DNA of 64,000 nucleotides from Cetorhinus maximus (lineage: Eukaryota). The notes beneath the pieces are model-generated. The model did no database searches and was not told where the DNA came from. It saw nothing but the letters and a program-made list of their open reading frames with translations. The stretch covers positions 228,532,001-228,596,000 of the forward strand of contig NC_135879.1 in assembly GCF_964194155.1 (NCBI RefSeq), written 5' to 3'. The first letter of the stretch is position 1; the number at the start of each line of letters is the position of its first letter. Made by a program: the position numbers and the translations under genes. Shown one piece after another: positions 1 through 12,148 of this stretch.

Positions 1-723
1 TCAGTGAGGATGCATGTAAAATATGTCGGGTGCCTGGCCAGCCCACCTCCTTCCTGCCCACCGCGACCTGTTCCCCAAAATATGGAGCGTGGATAAAGTC
101 ACCCACTAGGCTGCCCACCCTTAGGCCTATTGAAGCCCAATTAAGGTCAAACCATCTCCACTGTCAGAAAATGCTGGGCAGTGGCAGGCGAGCCAGGGTG
201 CGAAGGTTGCTTTTGAAATGGCGGGAAGGAAAGGAGGGGCATTTTAATCTGAGGATGCCCTGTGCAGTGCATCGGGGGCACCCTTTCCAAAATGTCACTC
301 CCCACTGTTCATCTCCACCTGCCTCCAAAACCTGACCTCCACTCCTCTCTCCCCCCTCTCTAGGCTCTGCTGTGATCCCTCCCCATCCTAAAACTTCAGG
401 ACTTAACTCTCTCTAGTGCCCATCGCTCTTCTTCCTGCACCTCCTTGCAGTCCTGGTAGCAGCCACTACTGAGCTTTGGCGCTGCCGGGACTGCTGGAAT
501 TGCTGGCCAATCAGATTGGCCGACTGCTCTTGAGGGTGGGATTTCCAGCCCACTGGGGGGCCAAGGTCCGACCCTGATCCTGTTTAGTCCACCTCCGGCG
601 TGTTATTACTGCGGGGCAGGCTTTTTAAAAGTTGGTCCGTTTGGCACCAATTTTCCTTCTGGGGAGGTGCGGAGGGTTGTTGACCAGTATGCACCCTGCC
701 CCTCCCCTTGTAAAATCCAGCCC
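1..723. mobile_element. Degenerate non-autonomous Harbinger-family (MITE-like) element, right end only
   Basis: GC-rich block ending in AAAATCCAGCCC (712-723), the reverse complement of the GGGC(T/A)G(G/A)ATTTT terminus of the Harbinger elements elsewhere in the window. The left end lies outside the window. Confidence 0.5.
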
Positions 724-3207
724 AGTCCTTCTCACCTTCAGGGAAAAGAGAATAATGTTGGTATTTCTGGACTTTCTGTGATTAAAAGAAGCAAGTTATG
801 CACATGAAATATAGGTACTAATACAACGCCTTTCACACCTGAACAACACTGAAGCACAATTTACTGTATAGCTTCACAGGTATTTGCACTTGAAGAAGGT
901 GCATGATTGAAATCTCACGTTGATGAGGTACAAGTGTTTTGCTGGGTGTTGTTCAGAGGTAAACTGCTTTTTAAAAAAGCTGACCATTGACATAAGACAA
1001 ATGTTTAATTGCCAGATAAAATGAGTCTTCCTCAACGGATACCTTCAAGGTACATTTCAATGACTAAATATTTAATTGACAGATTACATCTTCCAGAATG
1101 ACCGAATGATCATTCAGGTGCAATTTATCTTAAATACGACTTTTTTTTTAATCAAGAGAATACTTTGTTTTTCTTTTTGAATAAAAAAAAATGTTTTTTT
1201 ACAGCTTCAGAAATTGTTGGAGAACCTTGTGACATTTTTTCACTTACTGACGTGCCATGTTTGATACAGTGGCTTCCTCCCATCCTCTTTTTTGTGAAAT
1301 TACATGGAGGTAGAAGAGGAACAACATCCTTTGATGGCTGTTGAAGATATTTACCTGGCCCTCTTCAGCAGCCCCATCAACCACCTCACTAGCAAAGTAC
1401 TGGAATCCCCCTTTCATTTTCTACACAATAGCTCCATCACACAACTGATAAGAAAGATAATCCTCCCAGTCAACGTTGCATTCTCCAACTGTTTCCAAAT
1501 CTTCCGTCTATATAAGCACTCCTGTTTTCCCTGTTCATCTCCAGTTAAAAGTCACAAATAGAACGATGATCAAATTCTAGCAGTGAATTGTTAATATAAG
1601 GTGTGTATGTAACTGCCTGCTTCTTATCTACTTTTCTATAGGGTTGTTATTGGGTCTTCACAGTTATATAATCTGTCCCTGGTCCACAGCTAAAGTTGAC
1701 CCCATTATTTCTGAACCTAAGTTCATTATGGCTGCCTTCCATGCAATCCAAGTAATTGCTCTGACACCACAGTGTAATCCTATCTTTTGTTCCAATTTGT
1801 GCCATCTGAATCACATCTTCTAGTCTCCAGTGTGACTTGCCATCTATTTTCTATAGTTAAACCACCCACTTCAGCTCTAAAACAGTTATAAAGCCATTCA
1901 TTGTGATTCAAGTCAAATGAAGATCATTTTAATTATTTCCTGTTTACACCCCCAGGAGTGGTGGTCCAGGTTAATAACTCAAGCTTTCAAATTGGCTCTC
2001 GAAGTACGGTACTTGCGGTTTGAGTAGACCATTAAATATCCGGAGTTATATTTGTTTAGTTGTGATGAAGGTTAGGAACAGAACAGATTAAATGCTGATT
2101 CATCCCCAATGTGCAGACAAGTGGCTTTCATGAAATTGGTAATACTGAAGTGTGATTTGCAGGGTACAGTCTCCTTTGACTGAGTGGAATAACATACAAA
2201 TTGATGGGCAGGAAACGATCAGTTGGTCGTTCAAACCTGCCCCATACATTCTGAAGGACAATTAGGGAAGGGCCATAAATACTGGCTTTGCCTGCGATGC
2301 CCACATCCCAGAATGTGGCTGAAACATGACTAAATGCTTCATCCAACCAAGCAACAGACCCCCCGCCTCCCCCGCAGCCATGTCATCTCCTGGGAGAGGC
2401 AGAAAATTCAGGCCATTCAGGAGAAAAATACTCTGGAAAATTTGCATTGATCCCCCCCCACCCCCACTCTGCCCTACCTCCCTAGGAGCAGTCAAGGAGA
2501 TCACCTGGACCAAATGTTATCTATGAAGACATTTGCCGCTTATATGAAGTGGTCATGCAAAGAAGAGTGTTTAGCAATGAGACGTTGAATACAAGTTCAG
2601 TTACTTTGGATTAAATCAGGATTTATTGGATGTGTACCATTGACAGAGTGATTTTCAATCTACCTGTGCAGTGATAATAGTGTTGCTGGCATTTGGGGCC
2701 AGTAATATAAATTGGCCTTGAACCTGAAATAACACAGTTATTCCAGTGGGCAAAACCTAAGGCTAATGTTTCCTGCAAATGCATTCAGGGGCTCCTGTGC
2801 AACTTCATGATTTTTCAAGGCAAGCATGAAATTTTCAGTTCAGGAGAAGGGGAATGAAAATTTCTATCACAAAACTGTAAATAGCGCAAATATAATTGGG
2901 ATGTGTGAGACTGTCATAGTGTTCGGAGAATGGTATTGGACGGCTACATGCAGCAGTGTTACGTGAGGGTGCTTGAAGTGATTTTGTTCAATCATCTGAA
3001 TGATTTCACTATAATCTGAATTATGACGTTATCACTGCCGGATTTGCTTATTGCTGGTGCACTTGTTATTTGAGTCCGAACATTGTGAGTTTTAACCCCG
3101 TTCCAGGACTTAAGCACATCATCTCAGCTGACGCGTAAGTGCAGTATGGAAGGAGAGCTATATTATTGGAGTATCGTCTTTCAAAAGAGATCTTCAGCTG
3201 AGAACCT

Positions 3208-4510
3208 GGGCAAGATTTTGCATTTTGGGTTGGGACCCCAGCATACAGGTCAAATGGGGGGACCCACCCTGCAATGAGTTGGGAGCAGCAGCCCGGCAAC
3301 GAATTTTGCCTGGATTAGCCAATAAGTAGCCAGCGTGCGTGCTTGCCATTCAATTGAGGAGGGCGGGCGGGCTCCAGAAGTTGAATGACAAATAGGAGGT
3401 CTTCTTGCATGAAAGAAGGTGCAGCTTGCCTTTTCAGGTAAGAGAGAAGGAGGGTGACTCCACCTTGAGGCCCCCTCTCAGCACGAGTAAAACATTTTAC
3501 AAAATGGTCACAGTTGCTGGCCCAATATTGTAAAGGGAAAAAACCCTTCGCCAGGTGACCTGTGGCCACAGCTGTGGCCAGGTAGGCAGAGGAAGGGGAT
3601 GCAGAGTTTAAAAGTTTTCCTGGAGCACTCGCCTTCCAGTTGCTGCCGAGAGGCTCAGTGCTTCCAGGCTACTGCTTTTCTCCCAAAACTGCAGTCTGGT
3701 TGGAAAATTCCAGTTGGCAACTGATTGATGGTCTTAATTACTTCAGTTGGCTACCCACTGCTTAAAGCTTGCACGAAAATGGCAGGATGGTGCCAGTAAA
3801 CCGGCATGTCAGCCAGCGGCACAAAATTACATGCCCGCCCACCTCAGCTCCTGCTCTATACGAGGGCCAAAATACTGCCCTCTTTCTGCTTGTTCAGTTG
3901 AATATAAAATATTTCATGGAAGAAGATCAGGGGAGTTCTCCCAACGTCTCAGCCAACATTTATCCTTCAAGCAACATCGCCAAAACGTTGACCGGAATTT
4001 CGCACACGTTGTGCGCGCATGATTGGGGGCCTGGAAGATACCCGATATGTGCTTCATCCTGCGATCGCAACTGACATGCTATTTCACACTGGCTGGCCCA
4101 GTAACTGGCAGCCAGCATGAAACACGTGTTGAGAGAGGCTCAGTGCTTCCAGTGGGCTGGGAGCGGGGTGGAGTGGGGGGAGAACAGGACAGGCGCCGAG
4201 AAAAGCGAGGGTGCAGGCGGACGTTTCCAACGAGCTCCCTGGAGGCTGACAACTGCTGTGGAGCTGCCTCAGGGAGCTGCAATGTTGTTTCAATGAAATT
4301 TTCACAGAAAAGTGCCGCACGTTCTCTCTGTAATGCAAATTCAAGCAAATGACAGCAGAACACATAACACCCCAACCCTCAGACATCCGGACATCCTTTA
4401 TTTTATCCCACCATGGATCGTTTATGAAGTGAAAACGTGAAGGCCGCATGGCCGATTGGCCTGTTCGGCAACCGTAAAAGCACACAGCCCACGTAAAATC
4501 TCTATTAATT
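3208..4510. mobile_element. Degenerate Harbinger-family MITE-like remnant(s)
   Basis: Starts with GGGCAAGATTTT (TIR-like) and has a CpG-richer body with TTAATT/CCCGCC motifs like the other copies. Boundaries are uncertain. Confidence 0.3.
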
Positions 4511-4520
4511 GCCTCCTTAG

Positions 4521-4769
4521 GCCCTCGGGTCCTAGTCTCTCCTACTAATGGAAACATCTTCCCCACGTCCACTCTATCCAGGCCTTTCAGTATTCTGTAA
4601 GTTTCAATCAGATCCCCCCTCATCCTTCTAAACTCCATCGAGTATAGACCCAGAGTCCTCAAACGTTCCTCATATGTTAAGCCTTTCATTCCTGGGATCG
4701 TTCTCGTGAACCTCCTCTGGACCCTCTCCAGGGCCAGAACATCCTTCCTGAGATATGGGGCCCAAAATT
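4521..4769 (-). mobile_element. CR1 LINE ORF2 C-terminal fragment
   Basis: Encodes MKGLTYEERLRTLGLYSMEFRRMRGDLIETYRILKGLDRVDVGKMFPLVGETRTRG. Nearly identical to the + strand copy at ~39715-39965. Confidence 0.9.
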
Positions 4770-5070
4770 ATGTTAGCTATGAACCTTGCTTCTTAACTAA
4801 TTATACCTGTACAGTACTACTCTATACTTTTTTTTAGCTCCTACCTACCTCAGTATTAAGCAATGAATTACTTTAACATATTGAAAAAAAACTCACCAGG
4901 ATTTACTCACCAATCAGATGCTTTTTTTTCAATCCACTTTCAGAGGAGTGTCCCTCGCAGGTCTGGTACACTCCTGAAGGTACTGCCTCTCTTTTTTTGG
5001 TTTGAGGAGGAGGGAGGGATGGAAACACTACAGCAATGTAATGTTTGGGGCTATTCCGTTCTTTGACAAT

Positions 5071-5381
5071 GGGTCCTCCTCGATCCCCTTCTGAGTTGTG
5101 GTGACTTCTCCCAGAATGCTTCTCAGTCACTTCTCACTACCGCCCTCTGTTGGATGCTCTTCCTCCTGCAAGGGTCCTTTTCCTCGATTCCCTTCTGAGT
5201 TGCGGTGACTGTGCAGACTTCTCCCAGAATGCTTCTCAGTCACTTCTCACTACCGCCCTCTGTTGGATGCTCTTCCTCCTGCAAGGGTCCTTTTCCTCGA
5301 TTCCCTTCTGAGTTGCGGTGACTGCGCCGACTTCTCCCAGAATGCTTCTCAGTCACTTCTCACTACCGCCCTCTGTTGGAT
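5071..5381. repeat. Tandem repeat, 3 copies of a ~113-bp unit
   Basis: Units start at 5071, 5172 and 5285 (GGGTCC...CTTCTCCCAGAATGCTTCTCAGTCACTTCTCACTACCGCCCTCTGTTGGAT) and are near-identical. Confidence 0.95.
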
Positions 5382-7456
5382 CTGACCTTACCCACTACTT
5401 ACCAGTCATTCCTTTCCATTGTCGCCTCTACTGCTGCAGCAGGGCAAGACCACTTTCTGAAGATTTAAGAAGTTGGATAGCAAAGGAAAATGCAAAGAGC
5501 ACCTCTTCCCCCCTGCACCGAATTCCCACTGTGTACCAAATTGCCAATACCCACACTTACTTTGGCTGTGTCTCACTCAGGATGAGGTCTCTCCCCTGTT
5601 TGTGTGCAAGCACACTGTTTTATTATATGATTCTAAGAGGGAAAAGAAGGATATTGAAAACCAGAAGTGTTTGAACAAGTTTTATTCATGTATTTTAAAG
5701 AAAGGATAATGAAGTGGCACTTGCTGGCCTCAGCTCAATATGATTTGGTACTTCACCTTGATCTAACTTTTTTAATGCAGCAATCAAAAGCAGTGTCCAA
5801 TTTTAGATCTTGGTAGATAGGTCTACGGAGAAAGAAGAGAATGTAGTTCATGAGGGTACATAAAACAAGGGGGCACAGAGCCTTTTTAAAGGGTGCAGCA
5901 AGAGTGGGCCAAACATGTCGTTCAGTGGATGCTAGAGAAGGGGGTGGTTGCGAAGAAATGCAGAGGGACGTGTCAACTATGATCAGCGATCACGTTCTAG
6001 TTTTAATTTTGTTTTAACTATCCTTGCCCATCCATTTTAATGCTTATTCATATTATTTATTCTTTATTATCTGCAGAAATAACACTAACACATAGTAAAA
6101 GAGTAAAAGTAAAAAAAATATAATTATTAAGACTGGACAGGACTATTTTCACACAAGCTTTCTGTACTTATTTTTATGAGGAAATCTGAAGCCCTTGAAG
6201 CAAATTTATAATGTCATCAGGACTCATAATTTACACTAGCATTATCTCAGCTTATTAAGTCTCATTCTTGACTAAAGCATTCAACCACTATTGAGCATGA
6301 TATTTAATCAGATCATTAGAGCAGTTTGATCATCGGAATATATAATGAAGGACACAGGAACCATAGCGTTGTAGCTGCTGGGTCCTTTATTACACCTTTC
6401 CATGATCATTCCAGATTTGTACCTCTCAATCTTTGCTCGGGTATAATTCTTTTAAATTTAGTGGTTCTATTGCCTAAATGACATTAGCCTGTACGATATG
6501 TGGTAGAAATCTATTTGCCTGTGTAGACCACAAAAGCACAAACTTGATTCTGGCCTCACCCTATGCCCACACGTGCACTTTTCTAGCACAGGTCATTGGA
6601 TAGCAATTAGGAGTATGAACCCTTGCTGATTATATTATTAAATCATCGGTCATGATTTCTGATCTTATAAACAGTGTTATTTATTTTTTGAGTCGTAGAT
6701 GCTGTAACTAACCAGTGCCACCTGCAATTAAAAACAGAAAATGCTCGGAATACTCAGCAGGTCAGTTTGTAACTATTGGGATCAGACCTGAGGGAAAGGA
6801 ATCCTGTAAGTTCAGAGAGAGGTACGTAAGAATGAGTGAGGGCAGTAGAGAAATTCAGATGGTTGATGTTGTGCTCGAAATGCCAATGGAAAGATCAAAA
6901 GAGGGCAAAAGGCCTTAGGGAGGGGCCCAGTGAATGAAAATTCTGAAAACGCTTGAGAGGGTCCGGGGCAGAATTTTCCCATTGGAATGCGGGGGCGGGA
7001 CCCACACGCCGACGCATAAAATGACGCACGCTGATGTCGGGCGAGCGTCCCGACATCACTGCGTGCCATCGCGACATTTCGTTGGGCAGGTGCACAATGA
7101 TATCCGATACGCACCCACCATTAATTAACAGGACACTTAATGCCCTTGAGGTGCCAATCGATGGCAATTTTTCGGCACCCATGCAATCTTCGGGTCGGCG
7201 CATGGGCGCAACGGGCAGGGGGGTAGGACACATTTGTATAAACCTCATCCACGGGTGGGATGAGAGTGGGGTCGCGAGTGTGCGCTGTCAAATATTGATT
7301 TTTTTTAAAGTTACTGATACTTACCTGTGTGATCTGCAATACTTCAAAATGCATTCCAGCTGCTTGGACTGGACTCACAGCCTTCAGGTCAGCACTCTGC
7401 AGTGAGGAATCTTTTTTGGGCCTGCATGTTTCAGGAAGCCTTCCCTTAGCCTGGGA

Positions 7457-8516
7457 ATGGGAGCTGAACTCTCCACTGGAGGCACCTCCTCTGAGGAGGA
7501 AGGGAGGGCGAGAAGGGCGGGGGAGGCCAGGAGTACACATTCAGCCTCCAGGGGAGCCACCTTTGGGAGGACATGCACAGGCACAAGGGGCACAGGGCCA
7601 AGAGGTAGTCCAAGGCAGAAGGGGCCACAGAAGACACCACTATCCTGCTGCCAGGGTTTACAGGCGGTGAAGCAGCTACCTCAATATGTCTGAGGTGCAG
7701 TGCCGAAGGAGGCTCTGTCTCTCAAGGGAGACAGTCAACTATATCTGTCGGGCCTGAGATCTCCGTGAACTGTGTGGGTGGACACCTCGTGCCAGTGGCT
7801 CTAAAGGTCACAGTTGCCCTCAAATTCTATGCCTCTGGCTCCTTCCAGGGGTCGGTGGGTGATCTTTGCGGTGCCTCCCAATCAGTTGTCAATACTTGTG
7901 TCAAGCATGTTACAGACACTCTGTTTAAGCGTGCATTGACCTTCATCCACTACCGTTGAGACCAGGCAAGCCAGGCACAATGAGCCAGAGGCTTTGCGGC
8001 CATTGCTGGCTTCCCCCACTTCCCGGGTGCAATCAAGGCGCCAGCAGGTGAGCCCGGTGCCTTCGTCAACAGGAAGGGCTTCCACTCCATGAACGTGCAG
8101 ATAGTGTGTGATCACAGGATGCAGATTCTACAAGTCTGGGCCAGGTACCCAGGCAGCTCCCATGACACCTACATCCTCAGACACCCACAGGTGCCGGGGC
8201 TCTTCAGTGGCCAGCCCAGCTTGATGGATGGCTGCTGGGTGACAAGGGCTATCCCCTCAGAAGGTGACTCATGATGCCTCGTGTGTCACTGATAATGATT
8301 GCATGCTGCGCTCTCCACAATCTTGCGCTGAAAAGGGGTGACGCTGTGCACGATGAAGATGTAGACGCAGTGGCTGCGGCTGCACACGATGAGTCCAGCA
8401 TTGAGTCTGAGGATGAAGATGCACAGTGAAATGCTGAGGGGGTAGACGCTGACCTAGGCGTATTCCAGGGAGGCAAGGACACCCGGGAGGCTTTAATCCA
8501 ATGAACCTTCAGCTAG
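7457..8516 (+). pseudogene. Harbinger (HARBI1-like, DDE_Tnp_4) transposase pseudogene
   Basis: Motifs VALKFYASGSFQ, GFAAIAGFP, FVNRKGFHSMNVQIVCD, ARYPGSSHD, WLLGDKGYP and ACCALHN across frames. Contains stops, frameshifts and internal deletions. Confidence 0.9.
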
Positions 8517-8839
8517 CACACCACATATGGACCTCCAGAACAAGCCTGGGCTACAGGCTCCATACTTGACACTAAGTGCCAAATCTGCCTGGATAGGAAC
8601 ATTAACTAATAACTAATGAATAAAGCTGAATGTCCCACAAATCACTCATAACGTTACTGGAAACCATCCACCTGCAGCAGGAAAGAGGCAACCACAGCCA
8701 TGGTGACATGTCTGAATTTAATATTACAACCAAAGGAACTGAAGAAAACAAAATGAGAAAGGTGTTAAAAATCACACTAACTCATAAAGACCTCATTGCG
8801 GGCCAACACAAAAGCAACAGTGATAAACCCATGGTGTGC

Positions 8840-11062
8840 CTAAGGTGCCTTATGTTTACGTTTTTGGGTACTACGTCTTGGTACTGCCCCCTCGCAGGGA
8901 GTGACATCTGAGACAGCCTGCTGACTCTGCTGTCTTGTTTGACTCGATGACCTTGGCGGCTGTCCTCTGGCCCGTGGAGTCTGTGCTGGCCACACCTGGG
9001 AGGGAGCTGCCAGTTCCACAGCTGGCATCTCCCCAGTTGTCGTAGCCCCACCGGATGCAACGGTACTGGCAGAGGGGCGGAGGAGCTGCCGCCCTCATCC
9101 AGAGCACCCTGAGAGAAGCTCACAGAGACAACAGGCAGCTGCTGCGCTGACATGAGTTCGCTTCGGACCTCCCTGCTCACCGTGGAAGGATGGGCACCAA
9201 GCTGGGAAAGATGCCCAGACCATCTCCCACACTGGCACTGAGCAGCTGAGGTCAATGCCAATGTGAGGGCTAGCTGGTCTGAGAGCATCCCAGGAAGCCC
9301 TGATTGGTCTCCTGGAGGAACCTCCCTACGAGAGTCACCATTCTCTCCATGGAGGACGCATGGCGCTCGGTCATGAGGCTCATTGCATCGGCGATAGTCC
9401 GCATAGGCTCCCCCACCACGGACACCAAGCCAAGCATAGCCTCATGTATCTCAGATGCTCCCGCACACCCTGTCGCATTTCCTGCATTTTCTGCATCGCG
9501 GACGACTCCAGAGGCACATCATCAGCCACTGACTATGCATGTGCCTGGTCCCCTGTAGTCCTCTAATTGCTGGCGCCATGGGCACTCTCTGTCTCTGCCA
9601 GCTCCTCCAGCGACTGTGAAGTGCCCTCACCGCTGTGCCCCGCAACACTGGTTCTAATTCCCACCGGGGTGCTAATATCTGCGCTGGTGCCTGTTTGGCA
9701 GAGATGGTGTGATGCTGGTGAGTCCATGACTTCAGGGCCCTCAGGTGTGAGAGGGGGCCTCTGCTGCTTCTCCTCCCGGCCCTGCTCCGCTGATGCTGAA
9801 AGGAAGAACAAGGACATTGGATCAGTTAACGTGGAGACAATGTCAATGTGTATCCCTGTCCCCCAGATCATTATGCACTTATCCTTCCATAAGCAATGGT
9901 CAAGCCATGTTGCAAACTTCAATCACTGAACATTCCGCACTGCCATGGCTGCTGGGTCACTCATGGTGACCTCACTGCTGGGCTAACACATCTGCCCGTG
10001 GCAGCCCAGCCTCACCGACACTGGTGGACCTGGGCGCATGGTGCCTCTCTAAATCTAGGGCCTCCTGCTGGAAGCGGCTGAGAATCATCAACTGGGCCAG
10101 CCATCTGCCAGTCCTCACCCGCTTGGCGGCATTGTGTGCATTCTTCTCCTGAAAAGGAGAGAAGAGCATTGATTAGTGCTACTTGTACCTGGACTCTCTT
10201 TGTGGATGGCCCACCCCAGCCAGAGTGGGACATTGCAGGGCTCCAGTGCCTCCTCACCCCGCTGCTGCCGAACACTCACACAAAGATGCTCGGCTTGACC
10301 CTCCACCTCCCACTCCCTTGGCCAAATGCTACATCACATTAGGCAGCACACGGTTTAACCATCCATAGCAAGGAGGTGCAAGTACAGGACAGCAGATCGA
10401 TCGCTGCCATGCCACCTTGAAGCTCCCCTCCCAGCATGTCATCATCCTGACTTTGACATGTCCTGGAGTTCCAGCACAGCTCCTAGCTGCAGCTCCTCCA
10501 GATTGCCCCCAAAACAGTAATGTGGGTCACAGTGTACCACATGCTGCAGGTGCAGAACCCATCTCTTCACCACCCTCTCAGGGTGACCTCGGCATAGACA
10601 ATATCTGCTGGCCCACTCACCGAAGGACACATGCCGCCAATGATTCAATGCAGTAACTGCACTCAGACTTGGTTGGGGGGGATGTAGGTGGTTTGCGGGG
10701 GAGGCGCCAGGGGGGAGAGCCTACCTGCTGGGTTAAGTGACCAATGCCAACATGATACTCACCCTTCCCGAGTTCAACAGGTCGTTGAAGCGCTTGCGAC
10801 ACTGGATCCAGGTGCATCGCACCACATCATAGGAGCTCATGATCTTTGCCACTTCCTCCCGGGCACATTTGGTCATGTTGGCGGGGGGGCCTCCTCCTCC
10901 TCCCGTCCCAGGATACGAGCACCTCCCATCGTGCTGCCACCTCCTTGAGGAGGGCAGCAAGGCAATCATCAGAAAAACAAGGTGCACAGAGGCCCCCCCT
11001 GCCCTACCCTTCTGCCTGGCCTGCTCACCAGCAGTGCTCTGGGGAGATCTTCCACTGGCCAT
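8840..11062 (-). pseudogene. Harbinger Myb/SANT-like (NAIF1-type) DNA-binding protein pseudogene, spliced
   Basis: EEVAKIMSSYDVVRCTWIQCRKRFNDL followed by a GTGAGT donor at ~10762. A pyrimidine tract plus CAG acceptor at ~10149 precedes EKNAHNAAKRVRTG. A further acceptor lies at ~9796. Basic C-terminus PRRSTQKRKHKAP*. Confidence 0.8.
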
Positions 11063-11837
11063 GATTCGCAGACTTTGAAAGGCTGCAGCAGCTTTCTAAA
11101 ACAGGCCACTGGGTCGCCATTGGACACAGCGGTCATTGCAGTCCCGCCGCCGCCCACCCACTCCCGCTGACCTCGGGAGCCACAATTCACGCTTGGCGGA
11201 CCTTAATTGGCCCGCCGGCGTAAAATGGCGGTGATCTGGACCACGCTCACTCCTGCACCGCCCGCCTGACAGGCAGAAAAATCTGCCCCATGTGTGGCAG
11301 AAAGATGCCTAGCCAGAGAAGTGAGTACCGAGGCAATGCTGATGGAAGAGGAACTCATCATCATGTCAAGCTTGAAATTCATTGCAGTGGGAGATAAGGC
11401 GTTGAAGCTGAGGCCTTTGCTGAGAACTGATTGTTTGAGGCCAGAGAGGGGTAGGTCAGAGGTGATGGTGAAAACACAAACAAAGGTTGAGATTAGAAGG
11501 AGGAATGCGATCAGAGGAAAGTAAAGCAGAAGAGGATCAGAAGGTACAAGGCATCCAAGAGTTGTTGAAGCTTGTAGTCCTTGACACTTGAAAGTGTTAC
11601 ATGCAAAGTATCCTTTGTCCTTATAAGGCAATATGGTGCACTACTCCATGTTTCTTTGTATGTTCTGAGTAATTAAGAGAACAAGACTGTATGGTCATGT
11701 TTTTCAGCCATTTGTACTAATCTGGTTTTTCATTTTAAATTTGTTATGTACACACTCTTCTTTACCTATTGCAACCATGCTCCATTCAACAACAATAACT
11801 TGCATTCATGTCGTACCTTTAACATGCACTAGTATGT

Positions 11838-12148
11838 CTTGTGGGAGAATTTAGAAGTAGGGGTCACTGTTTAAAAATAAGAGGTCGTCCATTTACTACA
11901 GGGCTGAGAAGAAATTTTTTCTCTCAGAGGGTCGTGAGTCTTTGGAACTCTTTTCCTGAAAAGGCGGTGGAAGCAGAGTCTTTGAATATTTTTAAGGCAG
12001 AGGTGGATAGATTCTTGGTAAGCAAGAGGGTGATAGGTTAGGCAGGATGCAGATCTGAGGTTACTATCAGATCAGCCATGACCTTATTAAATGGCAGAGC
12101 AGGCTCAATGGGCCGAATGACCTACTCCTGTTCCTTGTTTGTATGTTG
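11838..12148 (+). mobile_element. CR1 LINE 3' fragment nested in an older LINE/SINE tail
   Basis: RSRGHCLKIRGRPF...RRNFFSQRVVSLWNSFPEKAVEA plus the CR1 3' UTR (GGGCCGAATGACCTACTCCTG) and a short tail. Confidence 0.85.

Larger units (their letters stand above)
6965..11289 (+). mobile_element. PIF/Harbinger DNA transposon, full-length but decayed (copy 1)
   Basis: 14-bp TIRs GGGGCAGAATTTTC (6965) and GAAAAATCTGCCCC (to 11289) with 1 mismatch. Convergent transposase (+) and Myb/SANT-like (-) genes, the canonical Harbinger layout. Confidence 0.9.
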
